Shown here one piece after another: positions 8,091-17,422 of a stretch of DNA of 64,000 nt (position 1 is the first letter of the stretch; every line of letters begins with the position of its first letter). Source of the DNA: an uncultured Mycoplasmatota bacterium (GTDB lineage Bacteria; Bacillota_I; Bacilli_A; RF39; UBA660); NCBI GenBank assembly GCA_947576095.1, contig CANPPW010000002.1:3776-67775 (forward strand), given 5' to 3'. The position numbers were made by a program, and so were the translations under genes. The notes under the pieces are model-generated. The model did not search any database. It was given only the letters and a program-made list of their open reading frames with translations, and was not told the origin of the DNA.

Positions 8091-9854
8091 ATGCTAGGAA
8101 AAATCGTTTATATTGGGGATAATGTAGCCCATTTACAAATTGATAAAACACAGAGGCTTGCGGAAAATTTAATGAATATGCATATTATTTTCGAAGATCA
8201 TAATAAAAAAATTTTAGGGGAAGCTTATGATGTTGGCGAAGATATCATTAAAGTTCGCTTTTTAGGTGAAATTGTAGGGAATCATTTTGTAGGTGGTGTG
8301 ATTCGTAAACCCACCTTATCTGCTAAGCCTAGGATGATTACACCAGAAGAAATTAGGTTGATTGTGGGAGAAGATAATGATAGTAGTTTACCTCTTGGAC
8401 ATTCACCATTATATGATAATTGTCCTATTCATGTAGACATTAATGAATTATTTAGCAATCATTTGGCTATTTTTGGGAATAGTGGGAGTGGTAAATCTTG
8501 TGGTGTAGCCCGCCTTTTACAAAATGTTTTTCATAATCAAAAGCTTCTTCCCTATAAAGCCAACTTTTTAATTTTTGATGCTTATGGAGAATATCACAAT
8601 GCATTTATGTCTTTAAACCAAATTAACCCTAATTTTAATTTTAAATTTTATACAACCAATGAACAGGACCTAAAGGAAGGCGGGGAGAGGATACGGATTC
8701 CTTTATGGCTTATGAATTTAGATGATATGGCTTTATTATTAGATGCCGAAAAACATGCTCAATTATCAATTATTGAAAGAATGTTAAAATTAGTTAGAAT
8801 TTTTACAGAAGATGATGAAGGATCCAATCAATATAAAAATCATTTAATAGCAAAGGCAATTATGGCCATTTTATACACCAATCAAACAGCATCTAGTAAA
8901 AGAGATGATATTTTTTCTATTTTAAGTACTTGTTCAACTCCTGAATTTAATACAGAAGCACCAGTAAAAGGAATTGGTTATGTTAGGAAATTTAGGGAAT
9001 GTTTTACAATCGATACAGCTGGTAATTTTACAGAAAGTGTTTTGGTTACACAGTATATATCTAGCTTTATTGATGAAAAACTAGATAATTATGAACCTAC
9101 TTCTAATCATTATTTTACTCTTTTAGATTTAGAAAAGGCTTTAAATTTTACTTTAATTTCAGAGGGACTTTTAAAAAATGAAAAAGCATATAATGATGCT
9201 GTTACATTAAAGGTTAGACTTCATTCTATTTTAGTAGGGGCAAATGCACGATTTTTTGATTTTCCGAGTTATATTACATTAGAAAATTTTATATCTAGTT
9301 TGGTTTCTTATAATGGAAGAAAAGCACAAATTGTTAATTTTAATTTAGAAGATGTAGATGATTCTCTTGCTAAAGTGATTGTAAAAATATTTTCAAGATT
9401 TTTATTTGAATTTACAAAAAAATTATCAAATCGTGCTACTATCCCCTTTCATTTATTTTTAGAAGAATGTCATAGATATGTACAAAATGATAATGATAAG
9501 TATTTATTAGGTTATAATATTTTTGATCGAATTGCCAAAGAGGGCCGTAAATATGGACTTATGTTCAATCTTATTTCCCAAAGACCTGTTGAAATATCTG
9601 AAACGGTTATTTCTCAGTGTAGTAACTTTATTATTTTTAAAATGACACATCCAAGAGATTTAGATTATATTAAAAAAATGCTACCTAATATTAGTGCAGA
9701 TGTTATAGAGAAACAAAAAAGTTTACAACCAGGAACTTGTATTGCCTTTGGACGAGCATTTAAAGTTCCTATGATTATAAGAATGGATATGCCTTCTCCA
9801 GAACCACATAGTAGTAACTGTGATGTTGTAGATACATGGCAGGTACATCGATAA
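8091..9854 (+). CDS. HerA/DUF87-family ATPase (FtsK-HerA superfamily; N-terminal HAS-barrel-like region)
   Basis: Walker A GNSGSGKS, Walker B FLFLEECHRY, HerA-type REGRKYGLMFNLISQRPVEIS. 587 aa. Start 10 nt after ylxM stop. Confidence 0.75.
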   Translation: MLGKIVYIGDNVAHLQIDKTQRLAENLMNMHIIFEDHNKKILGEAYDVGEDIIKVRFLGEIVGNHFVGGVIRKPTLSAKPRMITPEEIRLIVGEDNDSSLPLGHSPLYDNCPIHVDINELFSNHLAIFGNSGSGKSCGVARLLQNVFHNQKLLPYKANFLIFDAYGEYHNAFMSLNQINPNFNFKFYTTNEQDLKEGGERIRIPLWLMNLDDMALLLDAEKHAQLSIIERMLKLVRIFTEDDEGSNQYKNHLIAKAIMAILYTNQTASSKRDDIFSILSTCSTPEFNTEAPVKGIGYVRKFRECFTIDTAGNFTESVLVTQYISSFIDEKLDNYEPTSNHYFTLLDLEKALNFTLISEGLLKNEKAYNDAVTLKVRLHSILVGANARFFDFPSYITLENFISSLVSYNGRKAQIVNFNLEDVDDSLAKVIVKIFSRFLFEFTKKLSNRATIPFHLFLEECHRYVQNDNDKYLLGYNIFDRIAKEGRKYGLMFNLISQRPVEISETVISQCSNFIIFKMTHPRDLDYIKKMLPNISADVIEKQKSLQPGTCIAFGRAFKVPMIIRMDMPSPEPHSSNCDVVDTWQVHR

Positions 9855-10283
9855 AAATGTAATAAAAAAACACTTTTATGATGTTACTTGAAAATAAGGG
9901 GATTTTCATTTTAAGCTGTAAAAAACTGTCAATATCATTTGAGTAACTGGAAATTTCTAGATTTTCCAATTCATAAGCAATGTCAATCATGGTTTTATTT
10001 TATCAGTAAAAGTTCTTTGAGCAGAATCTGGATCACTGTAGTCCTTATTGATTCATTCCCATCTTCTCAGTAAGAAATCAAAATTGCTTTTTCTTCAAGT
10101 AATCTTATGAAAAGAGAGATCATTAATAAAAAATGAGGTGTATGAATACCTCTGTTTTTCATATTATTTACAGATTTTTAAATAATAAATAGAATTGTGC
10201 CAATCAAAGGGGGCTAGTAAAAAAATGATAAATGTGATAGACTAGAAAAGTAAAGTAGGAAAATAGAAGTAAGGAGAGATAGA

Positions 10284-11510
10284 ATGAAAAGGAAAAATGG
10301 ATTTACATTAATTGAACTATTAGCTGTTATAGTTATACTTGCTATCATTGCACTTATTACTTCTCCAATTGTGATAGGTGTAATAGATAAATCGAGAAAA
10401 GAAGCGTTTAGAGATTCCGCATATGGAGTGATAGAAGCAGGAAGAATCTATTACTTAGAGAGTGTAGCAGATACCAATGCATTTACAGGAAAAACATTTG
10501 ATTTATCAAAGGGAGAGTTAAAATTGTCAGGAGAAAAACCAAAGGAAGGAACTCTTGAAATAAAAGATGACGGAAAAATGATTCTTATGATGCATAATGG
10601 TAATTATTGTGCTACAAAGAGTGAGGATAAAGAGACTGTTGAAATCAGTAAATTGGCAGATGGAAAATGTGAAATACAGGAAAATAATAGTGGAGCACAA
10701 ACAATTCGTGATATGGGTGTAGTAACATCTGGTGATGGATTGTATGTAAATGAACCTAATTTAGGTGGTGGTCATGTATTCAAAGGGACAAATCCAAACA
10801 ATTTATTATTATTTGATAATAAATGCTGGAGTGTTATCAGTGTAGAAGATAACGATGAAATTAAAATTATTTATGAAGGAGAAGCTGCTGATAGTACCAT
10901 TTGTACAAGAAACGGAGATGGTGGTTCACCAGGAACTTGGCAGTGGAATGCGAGTAATAATTGGCATGATGAAGATTTATCGGTTCGTAGTAAACTAGAG
11001 GGGATAGCAAGTGGACAAAGATGGAATGACTTTAAAAAGATGACAAGGTTAGATAAGGTATCTGATCATGCTTGGAATGTAGGGGCTGTTACAGTTGATA
11101 TTTATAGTGGTGGTAGCATTCAGGAGTTATTAGAACAAGAAAAGAATGGGAAAGATCCATCTTGGTCTACAGAAATTTCTAGTAAGTGGAATAATAAACT
11201 TGGTCTTATTAATGTAAGTGATGTTGTTAAGTCATCTACAAGTTCAAGATGTACATCTGGAGTATGGGGGACTATGATTGGTGCCTATTTACCTGATATA
11301 TGTGGGAATGAAAGTTACCTTGTAAAAAATTATGCATATTGGACATTAAATGCGGTAACCAATGGTAATGTTGCTGCATCTTCAGGAAATGCTTCAAATA
11401 GTGGATATTTGTCAAATAATTTTCTTGGTGTTCGTCCTGTTTTATATTTAAATAGTGATGTAGAAATTACGGGAACTGGAACGAGTGCTGATCCATTTGT
11501 TGTAGCTTAG
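10284..11510 (+). CDS. Large prepilin-type (class III signal peptide) protein, paralog 1
   Basis: N-terminus MKRKNG/FTLIELLAVIVILAIIAL is a type IV pilin N-methylation motif with Glu at +5. 408 aa. C-terminus ...GVRPVLYLNSDVEITGTGTSADPFVVA. Confidence 0.7.
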   Translation: MKRKNGFTLIELLAVIVILAIIALITSPIVIGVIDKSRKEAFRDSAYGVIEAGRIYYLESVADTNAFTGKTFDLSKGELKLSGEKPKEGTLEIKDDGKMILMMHNGNYCATKSEDKETVEISKLADGKCEIQENNSGAQTIRDMGVVTSGDGLYVNEPNLGGGHVFKGTNPNNLLLFDNKCWSVISVEDNDEIKIIYEGEAADSTICTRNGDGGSPGTWQWNASNNWHDEDLSVRSKLEGIASGQRWNDFKKMTRLDKVSDHAWNVGAVTVDIYSGGSIQELLEQEKNGKDPSWSTEISSKWNNKLGLINVSDVVKSSTSSRCTSGVWGTMIGAYLPDICGNESYLVKNYAYWTLNAVTNGNVAASSGNASNSGYLSNNFLGVRPVLYLNSDVEITGTGTSADPFVVA

Positions 11511-11524
11511 TTTTAAATAAATCA

Positions 11525-11568
11525 ATATACATAACCTCTTTGTGTAGGAGGCATATGTATATTTTTTA
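11525..11568 (+). terminator. Rho-independent terminator after pilin-like gene
   Basis: Long imperfect hairpin (ATACATAACCTC...GGAGGCATATGTAT) followed by TTTTTT. Confidence 0.5.
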
Positions 11569-11617
11569 TGCTTCAATGAGTCTAATTGAAATGGACCTTT
11601 AAAAATAAAAAAATACA

Positions 11618-11626
11618 TGATATAAT
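11618..11626 (+). promoter_or_regulatory. Extended -10 promoter element (TGATATAAT) for gatCAB
   Basis: TGnTATAAT match 25 nt upstream of gatC RBS. Confidence 0.5.
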
Positions 11627-11650
11627 ATTATCCGATATAAGAAAGGTGAT

Positions 11651-11947
11651 TTGATGAACAATCTATCTGAAAAAGATGTAAAACATGTTGCTGATTTAGC
11701 TAGAATTTATATAAAAGAGGAAGAAATCCCTAAATATATGGTGAATTTACAAAGTTTATTAAATGAAGTAGATAAAATAAAAGATATAAAGGGGTATGAT
11801 GATGAGATGCTTATTACACCTGTTAATCATGAGACAATTCCTAGAAAAGATGAGATGAAAGAAACTTTAACTTTCCAGGAAGTTTCTTATCTTGCTCCTA
11901 AGGTTAGTGGTAATTATATAGAGGTACCGGTGATGATTCATGAATAA
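11651..11947 (+). CDS. gatC: Glu/Asp-tRNA amidotransferase subunit C
   Basis: About 97 aa, LARIYIKEEEIPKY pattern, immediately upstream of gatA with overlap. Confidence 0.85.
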   Translation: MMNNLSEKDVKHVADLARIYIKEEEIPKYMVNLQSLLNEVDKIKDIKGYDDEMLITPVNHETIPRKDEMKETLTFQEVSYLAPKVSGNYIEVPVMIHE

Positions 11948-13379
11948 TTATTTAGACTTGTCCATTTTGGAAATACACAATTTATTAAAAGAAAAAAAAA
12001 TAAAACCATTAGATTTGGTTATGGAAGCTTTTGAGAGAATTGAAGAGAAAAAAGAATTAAATGTTTTTATAACACTTTGCAAGGAAGAAGCGATAAAGAA
12101 AGCAAAAGAATTGGAAGAAAAAGATGTAGATAATATTTTGTTTGGTATACCAGTTGCGATTAAGGATAATATATCTACTAAAGATATTAGAACAACTTGT
12201 GCATCAAAAATGTTAGAAAATTATATTCCTTTATACAATGCTACTGTGATTGATAAAATTAATGAAAAAAATATGATTATCATTGGAAAAACAAATATGG
12301 ATGAATTTGCTATGGGGTCTACTAGTCGTACGAGTTATTTTGGACCTCCTTTAAATGCTGTAGACAAAACGCGTATTGCTGGAGGCTCTTCTGGAGGAAG
12401 TGCATCTGCTGTTGCCGCACATCTTATTCCTATATCACTTGGAAGTGATACAGGTGGATCTATTAGACAACCAGCTAGTTATAATGGAATTGTAGGAATG
12501 AAACCTACTTATGGCAGTATTTCAAGATATGGTTTAGTTGCTTTTGCATCAAGTTTAGATCAAATTGGCCCTATGAGTAGAAATGTTTATGAAAATGCCT
12601 TGTTTTTAAATACCCTAATTGGAAAAGATGAGAAGGATTTAACAACCACAGATAGGGTAGAGGATTTTACAAGGTATATTGGTGAAGATATAAAAGGCAT
12701 GAAAATTGGTGTGCCAGAATATTTTATGAAAGAAGATGTAAATCCTGAAATTAAAAATCATGTGGAAAAAATTATATCTATGTTAAAAGAACATGGAGCT
12801 ACTGTGGAATATATTACCATTGATTATATTGAAAATGCAGTAACATTATATCAAATTATTGCTATGGGTGAAGCAAGTAGTAATTTAGCAAGATTTGATG
12901 GAATTCGTTATGGATATGCGAGTGGTGATCGAGAAGATTTAGATATGTTTTATAAAAAAACTAGGGCAGAAGGTTTTGGCGAAGAAGTAAAAAGAAGAAT
13001 TATGGTGGGAAGTTACTTATTAAGTGGTGAGAATGCAGAAATTTATTATAATAAAGCATTATCTATTCGAGATGATATTAAAAAAAGTTTTGAGAAAGCT
13101 TTTGCAAATTATGATTTGATTATTGGTCCTACAACGACTACTACCGCGTACAAACTTACAGATGACCTTGATAATCCTATTAAAGCGTTTTTAGATGATA
13201 TCCTAGTAATTCCTGTAAATATGGCTGGTCTTCCTGGAATGAGTATTCCGATTGGAAAAGATGAGACAAATCTTCCAATTGGACTTCATATTATTGGTAA
13301 CTTCTTTGAAGAAGCCATTATGTATAAACTAGCAGCTTTTATTGAAACAGAATTAAAGAAAATAGGGGAGGGAAAGTAG
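11940..13379 (+). CDS. gatA: Glu/Asp-tRNA amidotransferase subunit A
   Basis: Amidase signature GGSSGGSASAVAA. 479 aa. Confidence 0.93.
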   Translation: MNNYLDLSILEIHNLLKEKKIKPLDLVMEAFERIEEKKELNVFITLCKEEAIKKAKELEEKDVDNILFGIPVAIKDNISTKDIRTTCASKMLENYIPLYNATVIDKINEKNMIIIGKTNMDEFAMGSTSRTSYFGPPLNAVDKTRIAGGSSGGSASAVAAHLIPISLGSDTGGSIRQPASYNGIVGMKPTYGSISRYGLVAFASSLDQIGPMSRNVYENALFLNTLIGKDEKDLTTTDRVEDFTRYIGEDIKGMKIGVPEYFMKEDVNPEIKNHVEKIISMLKEHGATVEYITIDYIENAVTLYQIIAMGEASSNLARFDGIRYGYASGDREDLDMFYKKTRAEGFGEEVKRRIMVGSYLLSGENAEIYYNKALSIRDDIKKSFEKAFANYDLIIGPTTTTTAYKLTDDLDNPIKAFLDDILVIPVNMAGLPGMSIPIGKDETNLPIGLHIIGNFFEEAIMYKLAAFIETELKKIGEGK

Positions 13380-14795
13380 ATGGATACTTATAAACTGACA
13401 GCAGGAATAGAAGTACACTGTGAATTAAAATCAAAAACAAAAATGTTTTCTGATTCCCTTAATGAATATCATTCTGCACCGAATTGCAACATAAATGCAA
13501 TTGATTTAGCATATCCAGGAGTATTACCAAGCGTGAATATGTATGGAATAGAGCTTGCACTAAAGGCAGCCCTTTTGCTGAATTGTCAAATTCAAAAGAG
13601 GATGTATTTTGATCGTAAAAATTATTTTTATCCAGATCTTCCTAAGGGATATCAGATTACGCAAGCAAGAACACCAATCGGAACTGATGGATATGTAGAA
13701 ATTATGGTAAATGATCAAAAGAAAAGAATTAGAATCCATGATATTCATATTGAAGAGGATACTTGTAAAAATACACATTTAGATACTTGTTCTTTACTTG
13801 ACTTTAATCGAAGTGGAGTCCCTTTAATTGAAATTGTAACAGAACCTGATATAAAAAGCGATGAGGAAGCTATGCTCTATCTAGAAAAATTAAGAGAACT
13901 TCTTTTATATGCCGATATTTCTGATTGTAAAATAGAAGAAGGAAGCATGCGATGTGATGTAAATGTATCTGTTAGTAAAACAGATATATTGGGAATACGT
14001 ACTGAGACGAAAAATGTGGGTTCTATTCGTAATGTAGGATTGGTGATTGAAAGTGAAAAGGAAAGACAAATATCACTTTTAGAAAATGGTGAAACAATTC
14101 GTGAAGAAACTAGAAGATATGATGAAAAAACAAATCAAACTATACTAATGCGTGTAAAAGAAACTGGAAATGATTATCGATATTTTCCAGAACCAGATAT
14201 TCCACCTGTCACTTTGGAAGATACTTATATAGAAGCAGTCAAAAAATCTCTTCCAGTGATGCCAGATGAAAGAAGAGAACTTTATAAAAGAGCAGGTATT
14301 CAAAATGTAAATATAGAAAAAATTATTCAAAACAAAATGATTAGTGATTATTTAATGGATTTAAACCATATAAATTTAGTAATAGCTAGTAATTTGTTAT
14401 TAGGTGATGTTTCTTTTTATTTAAATAAACATAGTAAGTCTCTTTGGGATGTAGCAATGTCAAAGGAAAATTTTGAAAGTTTAGTTACCCTTTTAGATAC
14501 ATCTAAAATGTCTAGCAAACAGGTAAAAGAAATTCTTCCAGAAATATTAGAAAAGAATACCGATGTGAATGAAATTTTAAAAAGAGATGGTATGACACAA
14601 GTGACAGATAAAACTTTCATAAAACAAATAGTGGATATTGTTTTAAAGGAAAACCCTGATTCTGTTTTAGAATATCAATCTGGTAAGGATAGAGCCTCTA
14701 AATATTTGATGGGGCAAGTTATGAAACAGTCAAAAGGAAAGGTAAATCCAGCTATTGCTAATGAGATTTTGATAGATACTTTAAATCGCTTGTAA
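13380..14795 (+). CDS. gatB: Glu/Asp-tRNA amidotransferase subunit B
   Basis: N-terminus GIEVHCELKSKTKMF. 471 aa. C-terminal GatB/YqeY domain. Confidence 0.93.
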   Translation: MDTYKLTAGIEVHCELKSKTKMFSDSLNEYHSAPNCNINAIDLAYPGVLPSVNMYGIELALKAALLLNCQIQKRMYFDRKNYFYPDLPKGYQITQARTPIGTDGYVEIMVNDQKKRIRIHDIHIEEDTCKNTHLDTCSLLDFNRSGVPLIEIVTEPDIKSDEEAMLYLEKLRELLLYADISDCKIEEGSMRCDVNVSVSKTDILGIRTETKNVGSIRNVGLVIESEKERQISLLENGETIREETRRYDEKTNQTILMRVKETGNDYRYFPEPDIPPVTLEDTYIEAVKKSLPVMPDERRELYKRAGIQNVNIEKIIQNKMISDYLMDLNHINLVIASNLLLGDVSFYLNKHSKSLWDVAMSKENFESLVTLLDTSKMSSKQVKEILPEILEKNTDVNEILKRDGMTQVTDKTFIKQIVDIVLKENPDSVLEYQSGKDRASKYLMGQVMKQSKGKVNPAIANEILIDTLNRL

Positions 14796-14839
14796 ATAAC
14801 AAAGATAAATAGTATAATGTAAATACTAGGGGTGATGAA

Positions 14840-15289
14840 ATGAAGTGGTTTTTTTCTCATAAGATGGAATCAACAATTATCGCGCTTAGCCTTCTTCTTT
14901 TTCTTTTTGGTTCTATTTTTATCAAAATATTTTTCTTTTCTTCTGGAAATAATGATTATGGAACTAGATTAGATGGAATAGAAAAGGTTCGAATAAACCA
15001 AGATAAAATAGAAAAAATAAGATTAGATTTAGAAAAAGAATCATTTATTACAAAAGTAGATGGCTATATAAAGGGAAAAATAGTAAACTTTATAGTAATA
15101 GTCAAAAATGATGCAGATTTAAATGAGACACGTGAAAAAGCAGATCATATTTTGGAAAATTTTAATAGTAAAGAAAAGGATTTTTATGATGTGCAGGTAT
15201 ATATTACAGTAAATGAAAAGAAAGATGGATATCCAAGTATAGGATATAAAGGAAAGAATTCGTCTGATTTTATATGGTTGGATAGTTAG
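14840..15289 (+). CDS. Hypothetical membrane-anchored protein
   Basis: N-terminal TM helix. No recognisable motifs. Confidence 0.45.
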   Translation: MKWFFSHKMESTIIALSLLLFLFGSIFIKIFFFSSGNNDYGTRLDGIEKVRINQDKIEKIRLDLEKESFITKVDGYIKGKIVNFIVIVKNDADLNETREKADHILENFNSKEKDFYDVQVYITVNEKKDGYPSIGYKGKNSSDFIWLDS

Positions 15290-15297
15290 GTGGTAAC

Positions 15298-17340
15298 ATG
15301 AAAAATAAAAAAATAATTATAGGTGCTTTGCTTATCATGTTGGTTTTGATAATAGGTTATTTTGTCTTTTTTAAACAAGATCGGCATTCTACATTAACAC
15401 TTGTGGAAAAACAGTGGATTGAAAAACAAAAAAACAAAATGATCGATTTAGCAGTTTTAAGTAGTATACCTGTATTTAATTATGAGGGAAATGGGGTTTT
15501 TTTAGATTTTATTGAATCTTTGGAAAAAAATACTGGTTTAGAATTTAATAAAATTTCATATACGAAAGATCAAGAGAGTACAGAATCATATTCATTTGCA
15601 ATTGTAGATAAAGCTTCTAAAGATGATTTGTTATTTTATCAAGATAATTATGTTTTACTTGTAAAGGGAGCGGAGAAGTATGATAATCTATCCTCTTTGC
15701 CTCCTATGAACATAGGAGTGATTTCTGAAGATTTAGAACGTATTTACACATATCTTGGGAAGACCAATCGTTTTACCTATCAGGCATACGATTCTTTTGA
15801 AACTTTATTTTCTATTTTTAGTGGGGAAAATAGTCCTTTATCTGCGATTGCTGTACCTAAAAATTTATATTTAAATAAAGTTTTAGAAAATCGTTTTAGT
15901 ATAGCCTATCAAATGACAGATTTTACAAAGGATTATGTATTAAAGTTAGGAAAAAATAAAAACTTAAATACCATTTTAAAAAGGTATTACAAAAAGTGGA
16001 AAATAAAATCTTATGAAGAACATTATGCAAATCATTTAGCGAATAGCTATTTTGAATTTAAACAAATTTCAGAACAAGAAAAAAGTGATTTTAGAAGTAA
16101 AAGATATGAATATGGTTTTGTAGAAAACAGTCCTTATGATTTTACTTATGGTGGAAAATTAAAGGGAATCAATCCTGAATATATGAGAGAATTTTCTAAA
16201 ATAGCTGGAATTGAAATCAAGTATAAAAAGTATAGTAGTATAAAGGACATGGTGACAGATTTTAATAAGGAAAAATTAGATTTTATTTTTGCAAATCATA
16301 GCTTTAAAGAATATGATATCAATACCTATCTCACTGTTAGTAATAGTGATCATTCAGTTGCGATTCTAACTGACTTAACGAATAATAAAAAAATTAATTC
16401 TATTTATTCTCTTCAAGGCGATAAAGTTATGGTTTTAAAGAATACAAAAATAGAAAATAAACTTAAAAGTAGTGGTGTAGATGTGATTTCCTATAATTCT
16501 ATGAAAGAATTATTAGAAAATCAAAATAAAAATAGTATTATTGCTCTTGATTTATATAGCTATAATTATTATTCTCATAATGAATTAAAAACCTATAGGC
16601 TTGCTTATTCATATTTGTTAGATGATCCATATGGTTTTGTAATAAGAGATATCAAAGAAAATAAGATTTTTGAACAATTTTTGAATTTTTATATTTCTTA
16701 TTCAGAAGAGAAAATTCATATCGATAACGCTATGAAAGATTTACTTGTCATTGAAAATAATTTTGGTTGGTTAATTAGTGGACTTTTATATATTGCTGCT
16801 ACAATTGGAGTATGTGCTGTTATAAAATCAGTAGTAGGACTATTTATCAAACCACAAGAAAACAAAAAAAGTCCTTTTTCAAGGGAAGAAAAATTAAAAT
16901 ATATAGACCAGCTAACATCTTTAAAAAATAGGAATTATTTAAATGATAATATTAGCAAGTGGGACGAAAGTGATGTATATCCTCAAACAATTTTAATTAT
17001 AGATTTAAATAATATTGCTTATATTAATGATAATTATGGACATAAAGAGGGAGATGCCGTAATAGCAGAAGCTGCTAATATTTTAATTAAAAATCAAGTT
17101 GTGAATAGTGAAATGATTCGTACAAATGGGAATGAATTTTTAATTTATTTGGTTGGATACAATGAAAAACAAGTTGTTTCTTACATTCGTAAATTGAATA
17201 AAGAATTTAAAGAACTCAGTCATGGCTTTGGGGCTGCTATTGGGTATAGCACGATTATGGACGCTATTAAAACGGTAGATGATGCAATTAATGAAGCTAC
17301 ATTAGATATGAGAACTGTAAAAGAAGAAAATAATAATTAA
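15298..17340 (+). CDS. Membrane sensor protein with extracytoplasmic domain and C-terminal degenerate GGDEF domain
   Basis: N-terminal TM, large periplasmic-type domain, second TM, then a GGDEF-family domain (LTSLKNRNYLND...YGHKEGDAVI) whose signature is GNEFL rather than GG[DE]EF. Confidence 0.6.
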   Translation: MKNKKIIIGALLIMLVLIIGYFVFFKQDRHSTLTLVEKQWIEKQKNKMIDLAVLSSIPVFNYEGNGVFLDFIESLEKNTGLEFNKISYTKDQESTESYSFAIVDKASKDDLLFYQDNYVLLVKGAEKYDNLSSLPPMNIGVISEDLERIYTYLGKTNRFTYQAYDSFETLFSIFSGENSPLSAIAVPKNLYLNKVLENRFSIAYQMTDFTKDYVLKLGKNKNLNTILKRYYKKWKIKSYEEHYANHLANSYFEFKQISEQEKSDFRSKRYEYGFVENSPYDFTYGGKLKGINPEYMREFSKIAGIEIKYKKYSSIKDMVTDFNKEKLDFIFANHSFKEYDINTYLTVSNSDHSVAILTDLTNNKKINSIYSLQGDKVMVLKNTKIENKLKSSGVDVISYNSMKELLENQNKNSIIALDLYSYNYYSHNELKTYRLAYSYLLDDPYGFVIRDIKENKIFEQFLNFYISYSEEKIHIDNAMKDLLVIENNFGWLISGLLYIAATIGVCAVIKSVVGLFIKPQENKKSPFSREEKLKYIDQLTSLKNRNYLNDNISKWDESDVYPQTILIIDLNNIAYINDNYGHKEGDAVIAEAANILIKNQVVNSEMIRTNGNEFLIYLVGYNEKQVVSYIRKLNKEFKELSHGFGAAIGYSTIMDAIKTVDDAINEATLDMRTVKEENNN

Positions 17341-17372
17341 AAAGAAATAAACTCAAAAATTTCTTTTTTTAT
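17341..17372 (+). terminator. Rho-independent terminator
   Basis: AAAGAAAT-N10-ATTTCTTT followed by TTTTT. Confidence 0.6.
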
Positions 17373-17422
17373 TGTTTATAAAAATAAAAAAGTATATAAT
17401 TGTGAATAGGAAAGAGGTCTTT

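Noticed and set aside
9775-9990. 71-aa minus ORF at herA 3' end
   Set aside because: Overlaps the herA coding end. No RBS, low-complexity translation.
13560-14860. Four short minus ORFs (13560, 14145, 14417, 14675)
   Set aside because: All antisense within gatB or the downstream gene. Typical AT-rich antisense ORFs.
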